DNA of 64,000 nt from Asterionella formosa. Its lineage: Eukaryota. The DNA is taken from positions 1 to 64,000 of the forward strand of contig NKIB01012347.1 of NCBI GenBank assembly GCA_002256025.1, given 5' to 3'. Below are positions 49,837-61,544 of this stretch, in pieces. The first letter of the stretch is position 1. Every line of letters starts with the position of its first letter. The notes below the pieces were generated by a model, which saw nothing but the letters and a program-made list of their open reading frames with translations, was not told the origin of the DNA and did no database searches. The translations under genes were made by a program, and so were the position numbers.

Positions 49837-51601
49837 TACCTATACTTGATTGGGGGTATGCTATAACATGATCTTGTACAAACAAGGTGACGACACTCAA
49901 AAGAGATCGTACCGTTAATATCATATTATTGTATGATTACAACAGTTAACTTATAATTCATTATCACATACTCACAATCACTCGTAACTAAACCTATGAT
50001 AGTTTGATCACATTTATAAGATCAAATAAATGCACATATAATAAAATGTTCTTGCTAATATTTCTAATATATATTACTAAATAATTTTACAAAAATAAGA
50101 TGTTATTATCATCTCTATCATTACTTCAAAATATATAATTTGATGAATGTAATGCTGGGAGAAGGGGGATGGGTCAAATCAAAAAACTGATTGATATCAA
50201 CTAACGTTTTGGTGTTCGATCTAACGATAGTAATTGTGAGATCAAATCAGTTATTCATTTTGTCTAACCTTTGGAATGCTAATATCAAATAGAATTTTTA
50301 GCTTTCGATCTAACGTTCATTACTACTGATCTAACTTATTTCTCTCATTGATCAAACCTATTATCATGTTCGATCAATGATGAACACAAATCGAATTAAA
50401 TGGATTGCTATTTAATACTCAAATATTCTACTTCTGGTCACCCATACTTTCCACTGTGCATCATCTATAAGAATGAGCACACAGTGGTCTTCAATAAATA
50501 AAATTTCACTTCCGGTAGCTATGTTTAGATCATTGCCTCTTCAACATGAAATGAGAGAGTAAACAAAATTGATGATGCTTTATTCGAACCCCTACCATTG
50601 CTTATGGCAGCAAGTCACATTCTCCAATGTTCTTGTACAACTTTCCTGTAAGATATAATAACAATGTGAGCAAAACTGTTGCATCAAGTAAGCAAGGCAT
50701 CTAAACGAAGATATGTGCAACGAAACGATCACATGAACAATCCATCACTCCAATTTCCGTATGAGCAGGCAATGTGCATATAACTTACCTGTGCTCTCAT
50801 GGTTGATTGTTGCTTCCATTAAGAATGGTAGCAAGCCACATTCTCCAAGGTTCCTGTATGATTTTGAGGAGATAATATCAATGTTAGCAAAAGTGTTGCA
50901 ACGATTAAAGCATCTCCAGCCACACATGTGCCACTAACTGATGAAATCAACAATTTATATGATAGTAACTTCATGTCGTTATAATCGACATAACGAGCAT
51001 CAAATGAGAGTATAGTAACTTACCTATGCTCTCACTGTTGATTGATGGGTGACAGGTCGTGTTGTTAACCCTCACATCTGCGCGCATATATGGAAAGGAA
51101 AGATGTTATTAATGTCGAAATCCAAATTATTGGACACAGACACTACAAACCCTCTGCAGCATTGTGCACAAAGACATTAAGTGCGGTTTCTTACATCGTA
51201 ATTAGATTGATTTTTATCGTTGGTCCTGAGGAAGTGTAGAAAGTTTGAGTGGTAGCAACGCACATGAACAGCGATACAATTTTATAGTTTGCTTCCGGTC
51301 TCACATGGTACCGATCATAAGCCCCTTGGTAGCCACAGTTGAGAAGCAAAACAATCATATAACTTACCTCTTCTCACCGGTTGGTTTTATACCGGGGGTA
51401 GAAGGCTCTCTATCACCATTAGCTACCTCATCAGTTTGTTATGTGGAATAGAATGCATTAACAATATCTCAACATTTCCTCTTCTTCAAAAAGTGTGTAC
51501 AACATACATCTCTGTAAGTCTAGGAACTTTTTCGAAGGAACATTTAATACCCTACCAGTATGTATGATTTGATAAAAAATACAAGACTTAACAGGAATTC
51601 G

Positions 51602-52000
51602 AATACCCGGAACTGTGAAACTGTACCTAGTACTACGCTGGTACTGTAAAACTGTAGGTTTGCCCTACCAGCATTCCCTTCTTCCCCTTGTCTCAATACC
51701 CGGTCGGAACATGACGTGGCTACTGTGAAACTTTACCTATTACTACGCTGGTACTGTGAAACTGTAGGTTTGCCCTACCAGCATTCTCTTCTTCCCCTTC
51801 TCTCAATACCCGGTCGGAACATGACGTGGCTACAGTGAAACTGTATGTCTTACTACGCTGGTACTGTGAAACTGTAGGTTTGCCCTACCAGCATTCACTT
51901 CTTCCCCTTGATTCAATACCCGGTTGGAACATGATGTGGCTACAGTGAAACTGTACCTATTACTAAGCTGGTAGTATGAAACTGTAGCTTTGCGCTACCA
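51602..52000. repeat. 110-bp tandem repeat x~3.5
   Basis: Near-identical units at 51613, 51723, 51833 and 51943 (GTGAAACT...TACTACGCTGGTACTGTGAAACTGTAGGTTTGCCCTACCAGCATTC...). Confidence 0.92.
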
Positions 52001-52929
52001 ATCTAATGTCTATTACTGAGTATGTCGGTGCTGCATCACTTCCGATCCAGCACTTGCCCACTGTATAATCCTATAGTTGACAGATCATTATCCCTTTCTG
52101 CTTCCTTGTTCTGTTACAGTCACGTTTTTCTTGACAACTTGATATTTGCACACTATCGATAGTGCCATATATCACTTATTATCTGGAATGGCAAATGTTC
52201 CGAGTCCTACAAGGAATGGAACGATCTTGGTTGTGAAGGGGATAACGATCGCAGATTTTCAATCAGGAAAAACGTGTTTCTATAGCGTATTTCATGTCTT
52301 TTCAAGAGACAACGGAAGAGTAAGGAACGACTCTTACTGGTTAGATACTTTGATCATGATGACAAAGGCAAGGAGAAGAGACTAGATGACAGTGTCCTGG
52401 ATTTTGTTCTCAACAAATTCTATGTGTTCCTAGAGTCTGGCTTGTTTAACAAAACATCATTTGAAACTTCAAGGGAATTTCGGAATCATATGAGAGGACC
52501 AGCGATGAATTTATGGAAAACTCACTTTCCTCGAGATTTTCGGCTAAATCAGCCAGAAAGACAACAATATGCCACAAAATGTATATTGTACCATGAACTA
52601 CATCCAGACTGGCGACCATGTCCTGTTTCAATATTTCCAACTCCTTACTGAATAAATTGGACAAATCACTTTCCTCCTCGACCTGTTCTCACTCCTACAA
52701 TTTTGGAACTCTTTGGTGATAGGTCATGGACTGCTTCTTCCGGATTGGCAACTATGTCTGGAGTTGCCTTTAATTTTGCATTTTACTTTTGCTTTGGAAG
52801 GGGGAGATTTTATATCAAGTCTATCAGATTCGATAGATTCAATTAGACGCTCTGAGGAAGTAGAAACAAGATCTACCACGGGCATACAAGGAACACAATC
52901 TTTACTTCTTGGAATGGGGGTATTGGTTC

Positions 52930-53217
52930 TTAGAAATGATTGCCAATAAATAAGATCACAGATAACAATTTTTCGCTTTTTTGATCTTACTTTTAACATG
53001 AATATACCTTACTACTAAAAAATTACAGATCATACTTTGGTTAGATATGATTGCCAATAAATAAGATCACAGATAACAATTTTTAGCTTTCTTGATCTTA
53101 CTTTTAACGTGAATATATCTTTATAAAAAATTACAGATCATACTTTCGGTTTAGATATGATTGCCAATAAATAAGATCACAGATAACAACTTTTAGCTCG
53201 TTTGATCTTACTTTTGA
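52930..53217. repeat. ~110-bp tandem repeat x~2.6
   Basis: TTAGA.ATGATTGCCAATAAATAAGATCACAGATAACAA...GATCTTACTTTT at ~52930, 53041 and 53151. Confidence 0.9.
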
Positions 53218-55284
53218 CCTAAGTACGAGGTGACAATAGATATCAATGTCACCTTTTTTGGACGAGAACAATGTGTTATTGCGTCCCCTCCAGCCATCAC
53301 CAATAGATACCAATGTCATCACCTTGTCTGTACAAGAATGTGTTGTAGCCTGAGTACGAGGTGACAATAGATACCAATGTCACCTTGTTTGTATGAGAAG
53401 TGTTATTGTGTCCCCTTCATTACCAATGGATGTCAATGCCACATTGTTGTACAACTACGTGATATTGCATACCAGGTACCCTCAATCACCTTTGGATATA
53501 CCAAAGTCACTCCCTAACACTATCCCTATCATGGGCATGATTCAAATTCAAATCTATCATACATGTAGTACGTTTACAGACAAATATCTGTTCAACATAC
53601 TGGTGGTATATAGGTGTCACTATTGTGAACATGATTTAAATTCAAATCAATCATCGTATACTGCTGGTAAGTACGTTTACATGCAAAAATATGTGTGCTA
53701 CATATATAGCTAGGTATCCTTATGATAAGCATGATTTAAATTCAAATCAATTGTGTACATACGTTTAAATACAAAAATATCTGTGCAACATATTGGTACT
53801 AGTACAATAGATGATACAATAGACAGTAGTACCTAGGCAGTACTCACACAAGTAGACTCAAACATGCATATTCATAGATGCATATCTATCATGTCTTCTA
53901 AACTAGAGATTGCTACAGCAGATATGTACATATACCCATGTACAATTGTCCTACTCATGCAACATGAGTGATTCAAATTCAGATTGAGCAGTTGTTGATG
54001 TTTGCAGCCAGTGATGGTAAACATACAAAAATACATGTATCGATATGTATATGCATACAATATTCTCTATGATGATAAATATTATTCATAGTATTAGATG
54101 ATAAATCGAATTTATATGATCATATGATTGCCATTATAAGATGCATCACATGAATTAGATGTTTTCTATTTGCAGACGGAAACACATTTCTGTTGGCAGG
54201 TTTTTCAGGTTGGGACCACAATATCACAAGTTGCAGAAATAATTGGAGAAGTAAAGGCTGTCACAGGGATAGTAGCAATTGAAGACCAATCAAATTCATG
54301 GTCATAGCAAGAAGCAACAAAATCAGCAGGATTGTACATCAAAACACCATCTCATGCTATAGACTCCTCATCAAACTCCAGCTAGGTTGGCAGCAGCAGT
54401 AAAGGAAACAGTTTTGGGACTCCCTTTGTGAGTCTCAGTGCCATGAGTAGTAGACCAACGCCCTTCCCCCCCATGGCATTTTTTGCACCAATGCCACTGG
54501 CAACCATCTTTGGTCATAGAAAAATTTCCATCAGTAGGAGGAACATTTTGCCAATACCATCCAGAGGATGAGGCCTGGACCACAATTCCCATAATCTTCA
54601 AGACGTTCAGCAACGAGACCTATTAGGAGGTTTGGGGAAATGTAGGAAACAATCAGACACCAGAGGTGGGAAGAATCATCCAATGCCTGGCTGATCATCA
54701 AAAATCTGATGTGACTTGGTGAGAGAATCAGCTGTGGGATTTCCAGTTTTAGTGTCAATGTCTGGTGTGAATGTCTCAAGACCAATACAATGATCAACAT
54801 ATTTCTTTTTCTCTTCAAAAGTAAGTCGAGTATGGTGTCTGGTCATAGTACGCCAAACTTTGCTTCCCAGAACTGTCAGGAGCAAAGAGGAAAGTGTCCA
54901 CACTGCCAGTGGTCTCTGCATCATTGTAAATAAGAGTGCAGAGCTGAGCAAGAGTGAGATTGTTGATAGGGTCACCATTGGGGCCATTGTGTACCTTTTC
55001 ATGTTTTTTTAGTAAAAAATCAAACACAGCCTTGATGTCCCTGGAATCATCTGAATGGATCTGGTAAGGAGACCACATTGGTTTCTTGGTGATTGTAAAG
55101 TCATCATTCAGTTGCCCACTGCCTAGAGTACCATTTGACAACAGTACCAGTGGTCACTTGGCCAAACTTGGTAGGTAGAATAGTAGTAATAGCAGTTGAT
55201 ACTGACATTGCAAGGAAGTGGGAGTGTATGGGAAAGATAAGAAAGCAGTGATAAAAGAAGAGCAGAGTGAAGAAAAGTGAAAAA

Positions 55285-55535
55285 AATAGGCCAGGCAATT
55301 GTCTCAGTGCTGGGCAATCATACTGGGTACTAATAAAGAAAAGAAAGAGAGATGAAAAAAAGGACCAGGTGATTGTCTCAAGGGGCAATGCCGGGTAACA
55401 ATGAAAGAAAATGCAATGAAATTTGCTGAAAGAAGAAAGAGAGAAGAACAAAAAAGGACTGGGCAATTGGCTGTCTCAAGGGGCAATACTGGGTAACAAT
55501 GAAAGAATATGCTATGAAGTTTGCTGAAAGAAGTT
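55285..55535. repeat. Imperfect tandem repeats in the Copia 5' leader
   Basis: TGTCTCAAGGGGCAAT...GGGTAACAATGAAAGAA..TGC.ATGAA.TTTGCTGAAAGAAG occurs twice, plus one diverged copy. Confidence 0.75.
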
Positions 55536-56313
55536 TGACACTGTCACTGGGACAAGAAAATGAGCTGGTTTTAGAAAATGGCTCTGTGAACAAATGAGCA
55601 TCAGAAACCATCTGAAGAAGCGCAGGTATAAGCGTTTTGGGCTCACAACCACTTGAAAGAGAAGTCATAAATTATTAAAAAAAATAGTATATATATTCAG
55701 GAACGTAGGTGCTAGGCAGTGGATTGAAGGATACAGTGAATTTAGGAGAATGTTGTAGGATAGATCTGACTCTATTGGTATTTCCAAATAAAGTGAACTT
55801 ATAGAATTAACTATTAGCAAACCAAACAAACAAAACTAAGTCATATATGAGTAAATCAACTCATGTTCATGACAAGACTCAAAGATTGATTCATATGTGA
55901 GTAAAGATTGATTCATGTTCATGACTAGACCCAAAAAGGTCATGACTGGACTAATTTGAAGACACAATCAAGATTCATTTGACTTGTCTGTTTCAACTAG
56001 TACCAGTCCCAGGTACTTCTCGGGAGTATGGCGTGAAAATGTGGTATGCATTTTGGATTCGATTATTTATGTTTATAGCCATTTATACACGAATATATAA
56101 CATTTTACTTTACAACCATCAGGTTTCCCACCGCCCTGCGCCGGCAAGAGATGGAATTTGAATCTTTTGTTATCGCGGTAATACAGCTAACCCGCAAGTT
56201 GCGGTCATTTTGCTTAAACTAACATTTTAATCTGGGATAAAGATAGCTAAATATTTAGTCTCAGCAAAATTGCCACAACTTGCCGGTATATTAAATCCAT
56301 TAATACTGCAACC

Positions 56314-57297
56314 ATGAGCAACAACAACAGCGACAACAGCGGCAGCACAGAATACCAGTTGCGAACCAGTGAGTCTGGAAATTACGGGTTCTTCGTCGAT
56401 GATGACGATGATGATGTGGATTATTTCATTAATGATGATCTTCGCAGGAGACTTCGCGAGGATACCGACATGACTCACCACGACAAGGAGGTTATCCAAC
56501 GCCTCGCAAGGCGCAGCTTTCACATTCCTGGAAACTCGTTTTGGGAAGACTGGTGGTCATTCCTTGGAAATAATCACCCTATTTTGGGATTTGCATTTGC
56601 GCATCAAAATCATCCTTTTGGTTTTCAACAGCGGTTGATCAACCTCGCAGCTTCCCTTTCGTTTGGTCTGGCTGCGACGAGTATAGTGGTCTTGTGGTAT
56701 TACTACCATGGGATAGATATGAATGAAGTTGCGTTAACTATCTTCGGCATTCATTTAAGTCGCGGCCACTTGATGCTTTTGGTGTTTGGATCGGGTCTTC
56801 ACGTGATCTTCGATCTGTCGATTTGGTACATTCAAGCATGTCCCTTCTGTCGTCCAAATGGTCTTCTTGCCAGGAGACTTTCCGAGAGCCATCAGCATTT
56901 TTGGCTTTTTATGGGATCCTACATTGCGGTCGAAATCACCGTCTTTAGCGTAGTAATTGCTATATATGTTGTTCTGCTGCGCGCTTCCGTGGTCGAAGAC
57001 GGATCCAATGACGACGATGATGCAGGCATCCAAGTTCGAAAGACTGGCATACAAGACTATTATTTTGTCGCCTCCGTCTTTATGGAATTTGCCTTTACCC
57101 AAATGATAATGTTTCCACTTGTTGCTTTCACACTGTTCTCCGGGATTCTGGGATGTGGACGTATTCCTCTCATTGGAGGTAGACCTTACCAATTTAGGAA
57201 ATATCAGCAACAGAAGCTTTCTGTTGACTTTCCCAATCGTGATGTGTCCATTTCAGATCAAAATTCAAGTGGTCCTATTGCAGGAGTCGGTGCGTAA
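56314..57297 (+). CDS. Uncharacterised multi-pass membrane protein
   Basis: 327-aa ORF with an acidic N-terminus, NNHPILG...HPF motif and ~4 hydrophobic helices. Confidence 0.75.
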   Translation: MSNNNSDNSGSTEYQLRTSESGNYGFFVDDDDDDVDYFINDDLRRRLREDTDMTHHDKEVIQRLARRSFHIPGNSFWEDWWSFLGNNHPILGFAFAHQNHPFGFQQRLINLAASLSFGLAATSIVVLWYYYHGIDMNEVALTIFGIHLSRGHLMLLVFGSGLHVIFDLSIWYIQACPFCRPNGLLARRLSESHQHFWLFMGSYIAVEITVFSVVIAIYVVLLRASVVEDGSNDDDDAGIQVRKTGIQDYYFVASVFMEFAFTQMIMFPLVAFTLFSGILGCGRIPLIGGRPYQFRKYQQQKLSVDFPNRDVSISDQNSSGPIAGVGA

Positions 57298-57779
57298 AGC
57301 TTTTTCAGACTGGACGGAAAGAAATCCTTGATGCGACATCAAATGGGCGAGAAGTATTGGATGGATAATTTTTCATTCACAAACATCCACACTTCTGTCA
57401 AGGTGCAATACTTCATGTGTTGCTACATGGGTTCTGACTTTCCACGTATATTGGATCAAGCTGCAATCTTCATACAACAAATGAAGTCAGCATTGTCATT
57501 TTTGGTTCTATACAATGAAATCAATATTTGTTTCACACTTACTTGAGGACGTCAGGAATAGATGATTAAGCAAATCATTAGAATAGTGGTCAATCAGGTC
57601 TGTTGTGTACATCACACTGCATTTTTTTTTCATTTTTAGTGGTTCATATCAACAATGATGATGATGGTAAAAATAACAAAGAAAATATGATCTGATCTGA
57701 GTTTTTAAAATTGGAATGAATTCCTCAAATCAATATAGTATTCTAAAGCAATGGTGAGGGACTATATTTAATGTTACTG

Positions 57780-57801
57780 ATATATATAGCTATATATATA
57801 T

Positions 57802-57848
<47 letters not shown>
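57780..57848. repeat. Imperfect (TA)n microsatellite
   Basis: Visible TA run with single-base interruptions. Confidence 0.95.
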
Positions 57849-57853
<5 letters not shown>

Positions 57854-59281
57854 TTATTAGGAACTCTTGTTGTCATGGGCAAAAAATCCAGGAGGACCAC
57901 CAGCAAACAAAACAAAGTGTTCTCCATCTCTGTGATAATTCATATGCTCCCAATAACAGTACATATCAAGTGGATAAAAGCACATCAGGACGATCATCAA
58001 ACAGCCCCCTCATCATATGACGCAAAAATGAATTCGAAGCAGATGCATTAGCGACAATTTTGTTAAACTACAGGACAGAAAAAGGCGGAGGCCCAATCAA
58101 TTACTCCGCTAATTTTTTGAAATGGGGGCGAGTTTGATGATAAATGGGACACAAGTCCACAGCAAAGCGGCATGGAAAATAAAGACAGTAATACAGCATA
58201 TCAGATAAATGAAATAGTTCGAGAAAAAAAACGCACAAACAAAAAAAATGGCGGATCTGGATTGGGAAAGTTTGTTTGCAGAAGGATATAAAAAATCACA
58301 GATGCAGGTACGAAAACATTTCTCACAAAATTCCTTCATGGATGGCTCCCATGCGGCAACCGTCGCAAATTGATCTATGATGGAAAGGATGAATGTCCTC
58401 CCCATCGTGGCTTACAAAAAATAATGAAAACATTCTAGTCTGCTGTCAAGATCCTCATGCAGTTTACAATCAAGGCATCAGGCTCATAGTACTCATGTCC
58501 AAGAAACTCCATCGCATACAAGGAGGAATTGAAGTAACCCAAGTCTGGATTGCGAGTCTGAAGCACTTACTACAAGGCAATGGTGGGGAGTTAATCCACA
58601 GATATCTTCGAAGTTACCTGTCGTAGCCACCAGAGAAGCTATCACTGAGGCGGTAAAGGCATCAACTGCAGCTGGGTTCAAAGTTTATTTTAAGAGGTTA
58701 TTTGAGCGTGAGGTGGAGACAAGCTAAATGGCAAAACAAAGGCCTTATCGGAAGGATGACACAAGATCAGGGTAGCAGGTGGGCACGCATAATGGCAATC
58801 TCGCAAAAAATGAAGAGCTCCACAAGGAAAAAAATTCAGAAATGGCACAAAATGAGACTATTTGTGTCCTAGTATATAGACAACAAAGCAAGATCAGCAA
58901 TCGAAACAGACAAATCTTTAACACTGATGTAGAAACTCTCTTGACCTTGGACAACAGGACAAATGAAACTAGTACTAAGTTCTTCTTCCGGGTCATCGAA
59001 AAAAGGAGGGAAGAAGGGAATACAGATAAAGGCATTTCACAAAGCTTAAAGAAGGCTTTGTTAAAACAACAAAATAAATTTATTATTCAGGTCCTGGACC
59101 CACATACAGGAAATGCGTCACTCTCAGGACAAGAACGAGATCATAGAAAAAACATTTCTTCACTAGACTCCAGCCAATACAAGGAATGACCACCAAACAA
59201 ACTTCCACCACCCTAATGTTTAGGCCATCGAGTGCAATGAATGCAATCCTGTAGTGAGGCTAGTAGTAGTACCCTAAGTGA

Positions 59282-59345
59282 GGGGAAAGGCTTAGTGGAA
59301 AGCACAGTTTCTACAGTGGCGGGTTCCATTCCTGCATTCTCCACC
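59282..59345 (+). ncRNA. tRNA-Ala-like sequence with truncated anticodon arm (pseudo-tRNA or SINE head)
   Basis: Acceptor stem GGGGAA/TTCTCC with G3:T70, discriminator A then CC. D stem GCTT/AAGC, T arm GCGGG-TTCCATT-CCTGC, A- and B-box-like motifs, TTTT downstream. Only 15 nt lie between the D and T arms. Confidence 0.5.
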
Positions 59346-60467
59346 TGTCTTTCTTTTATGTAGTCCCTACTAGGGTTTTGGGAGGTGAGGCTGACGAAAA
59401 GGCATGTCTCGTTGTACCATACAAACGAATAAAATCGGTACTAATTGTGTCTATTTATTTGGGCCCAAGTGCGATTATTGGATAGTAGCTTTAAGGTAAA
59501 TTTTAAAATTTAATTGATATATTTTAATTTTTCGACATGATACTCGTCCGCCCAGACCACCAGCTCCCCGGCCTGCTGATCGATCCAATCCATTTCGTTG
59601 TTGTTTTAATCCGGCTAATGATACATAAATGGGCACTTTTGTAGTGGTCTGCCTACTTATACCATCTCTCCTTTGGTATCCATCATCAGATCCTGTAGCT
59701 TGGTTTTATAGTTCAACACTTTTTACTACATTTTATCGTCAACTGATCTAGTTCCTCTTAACCATGATGGTGAAAAGGCTTGAGAAATTCTTGACAAACA
59801 CAGTCCCACTGGAGATGGTTTTGGTGTCTTGCAAAATCTAGCTAATGCTCATGTTTCATCTGGGATTAGCTACGCAATAATCTAGGAACCAATTTTCCTG
59901 AACACACATCCTCTGCTCCTCTTTAACCGATTTCAGGCAATCAAACTGGTGCATTGGACGCTCTTACCAAGTACAACACTCTCTACACCTCTTGGCTGGA
60001 ATTACTCAGACTTTATCCTGAACATCCCACTGTTTCAATGCCATTCATCACCACACTTTGAGAACCTTTTCTTTGTGGTTTTGCTGATGCAAACATTCTT
60101 CTGATTGATCTGAAACATCAATTTGTTAGCTAGTCATTTTTTGACATGGGAATGCTCCATTTGATTCATTGGGCTGCAGTTGAGTCCACAATTCTCGTAA
60201 CTCATAATAGCCATTGATACTACGAATACATACCAGGTACCAGTACCAGGTGCCAGTATATTCTTGACAGTGGATTGCCGGGTACCTTCCGGTAATGATA
60301 CCGGTCACATGTATTCAATGACATAACATATGGATACCAGGTAACAAAGCTTGACCACTCACCATTCAACGAACTCAACGACTCACCATCACATAAACAA
60401 ACTACCTGGTACCGGTATACCGGTATATGTGTGTATGTCTGATGCTGAACACTGAGCACAACAATAA

Positions 60468-61544
60468 ATGGTAATTAACACGGGTATTCTCTCCTCCTTG
60501 TGCATCCCTCATTTGATTCAGCGTTTGCCTACGATGGCGACCAGTTCTGTAGCCGAAATTGGGTTGTCCTCCACAAGTGTTCTCGCTTCTCTAGCTGAAA
60601 ACACGAAAATTGTGGGGTCCATGTGGATTCTTTCTTCAGCTCTGTTCACAACCTATTCAACAACCACGTTTCTCAAGTATCAGGACGAGCGAGGAATCCT
60701 ATCCTCTGGTAGCAAAAGTGTTCTAGCCCCCTCAATGGCTCGTCCTGCACTATTGACATTGTATCGTTTTGCAGGATCTCTTTTTCTCGGTCTCGTGGCG
60801 CATCCAAATCTGCACGTTTTGCAGCGTTTTCAGGAGACTACTGCCGCATGCAGGCCCTTTGCCATCCCCGCGACATTTCTATTTGTTGCCAACTATGCCA
60901 ATTCCATCAGTCTTGATAGAATTGGGATTTCCTTAACTTATACATCTAAATGCGGAATCCCGTTGATAACGGTTCTGCTCACGTTGTTGATGGATGGAAC
61001 CAAAGCCTTGCCCAACGCAGGAGCGTTGCTGTCCTTGATTCCCATTGCGCTTGGAATAGCTGCTGCGTCCTGGAACTCACCAAATTTTGAGGCCTGGGGA
61101 TTCATGGCTGCAATGATCTCGTGTGCGGCACAAAGCGCGTTGAACGTTAGCAGCAAACGAGCCATGATGAAAACCGGGCTAACTGGAGCGCACGCTCAAC
61201 GAGCCATGGTGGCAGTGGGATTTGTCATTGTAATGGCAATGTCATTTATTCAGAAAGCATCCTCTTCCTCATCTGATGTCGAAGTCACGAAATCCTTGCC
61301 ACCTCCCAATTGGCTGTCCGCTATGGCTATCCTCGCATATCATGTTGAGTATGTTCTCTCATTTATGTTTGTGAAACTTGTAGCCCCCATCACGTATGGA
61401 GCATGCGACGCTATCAGGCGGCTAGCAATTATTATTACAGGGCAGTGGATGTTCGGTGGAAAACCATTTTCGTCTCTTAATTATGTAGGTATGGGGTTGG
61501 CCCTACTTGGTGCCTTGGGCTACTCAATATCAAGCTCGTTATGA
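60468..61544 (+). CDS. Triose-phosphate/sugar-phosphate transporter family (TPT/DMT) protein
   Basis: 358-aa ORF with 8-10 TM helices. Motifs ISLDRIGISLTYTSKCGIP, GFMAAMIS...NVSSK, V.PITY..CDAIRR. Start codon uncertain. Confidence 0.82.
   Translation: MVINTGILSSLCIPHLIQRLPTMATSSVAEIGLSSTSVLASLAENTKIVGSMWILSSALFTTYSTTTFLKYQDERGILSSGSKSVLAPSMARPALLTLYRFAGSLFLGLVAHPNLHVLQRFQETTAACRPFAIPATFLFVANYANSISLDRIGISLTYTSKCGIPLITVLLTLLMDGTKALPNAGALLSLIPIALGIAAASWNSPNFEAWGFMAAMISCAAQSALNVSSKRAMMKTGLTGAHAQRAMVAVGFVIVMAMSFIQKASSSSSDVEVTKSLPPPNWLSAMAILAYHVEYVLSFMFVKLVAPITYGACDAIRRLAIIITGQWMFGGKPFSSLNYVGMGLALLGALGYSISSSL

Larger units (their letters stand above)
48335..54178. mobile_element. 5.8-kb foldback-like element with ~600-bp imperfect TIRs and no transposase, nested in the Copia
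   Basis: 48335-~48950 is the imperfect reverse complement of ~53500-54178 (termini C(A/G)TCTGCAAAT.GAAAACATCTAATT; internal GATTTGAATTTAAATCATG repeats). Possible 2-bp GA TSD. Copia sequence resumes on both sides. Confidence 0.88.
44031..55995 (-). mobile_element. Degenerate CoDi-like Ty1/Copia retrotransposon interrupted by a 5.8-kb insertion
   Basis: LTRs 55654-55995 (5') and 44031-44398 (3'). PBS-like TGGTTGTGAGCCCA next to the 5' LTR; PPT GAGGGGGAGAGA next to the 3' LTR. gag knuckle WCKKCHGGEGRWSTTH (~54450), integrase (~47750-46800), RT KARFFVRGDLQ/IDFSNAF/YVDD, RNase H CDSDF/ALSTMEAEY/EDNSAC/ADIFTK. Confidence 0.92.

Noticed and set aside
52146..52999. Ulp1-like protease or transposase in the foldback element
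   Set aside because: Only WHIVV and SYDS fragments are present. No catalytic Cys motif or DDE triad could be read.
51602..53217. CRISPR-like arrays
   Set aside because: Whole 110-bp units are duplicated, with no variable spacers.
59282..59345. Functional decoding tRNA or tmRNA
   Set aside because: There is no 7-nt anticodon loop on a 5-bp stem and no mRNA-like domain. Kept only as tRNA-like.
10801..61544. Functional gene cluster linking GH161, TMTC and the TPT transporter
   Set aside because: The genes are far apart and separated by unrelated genes and TEs. The sequence gives no evidence of co-regulation.
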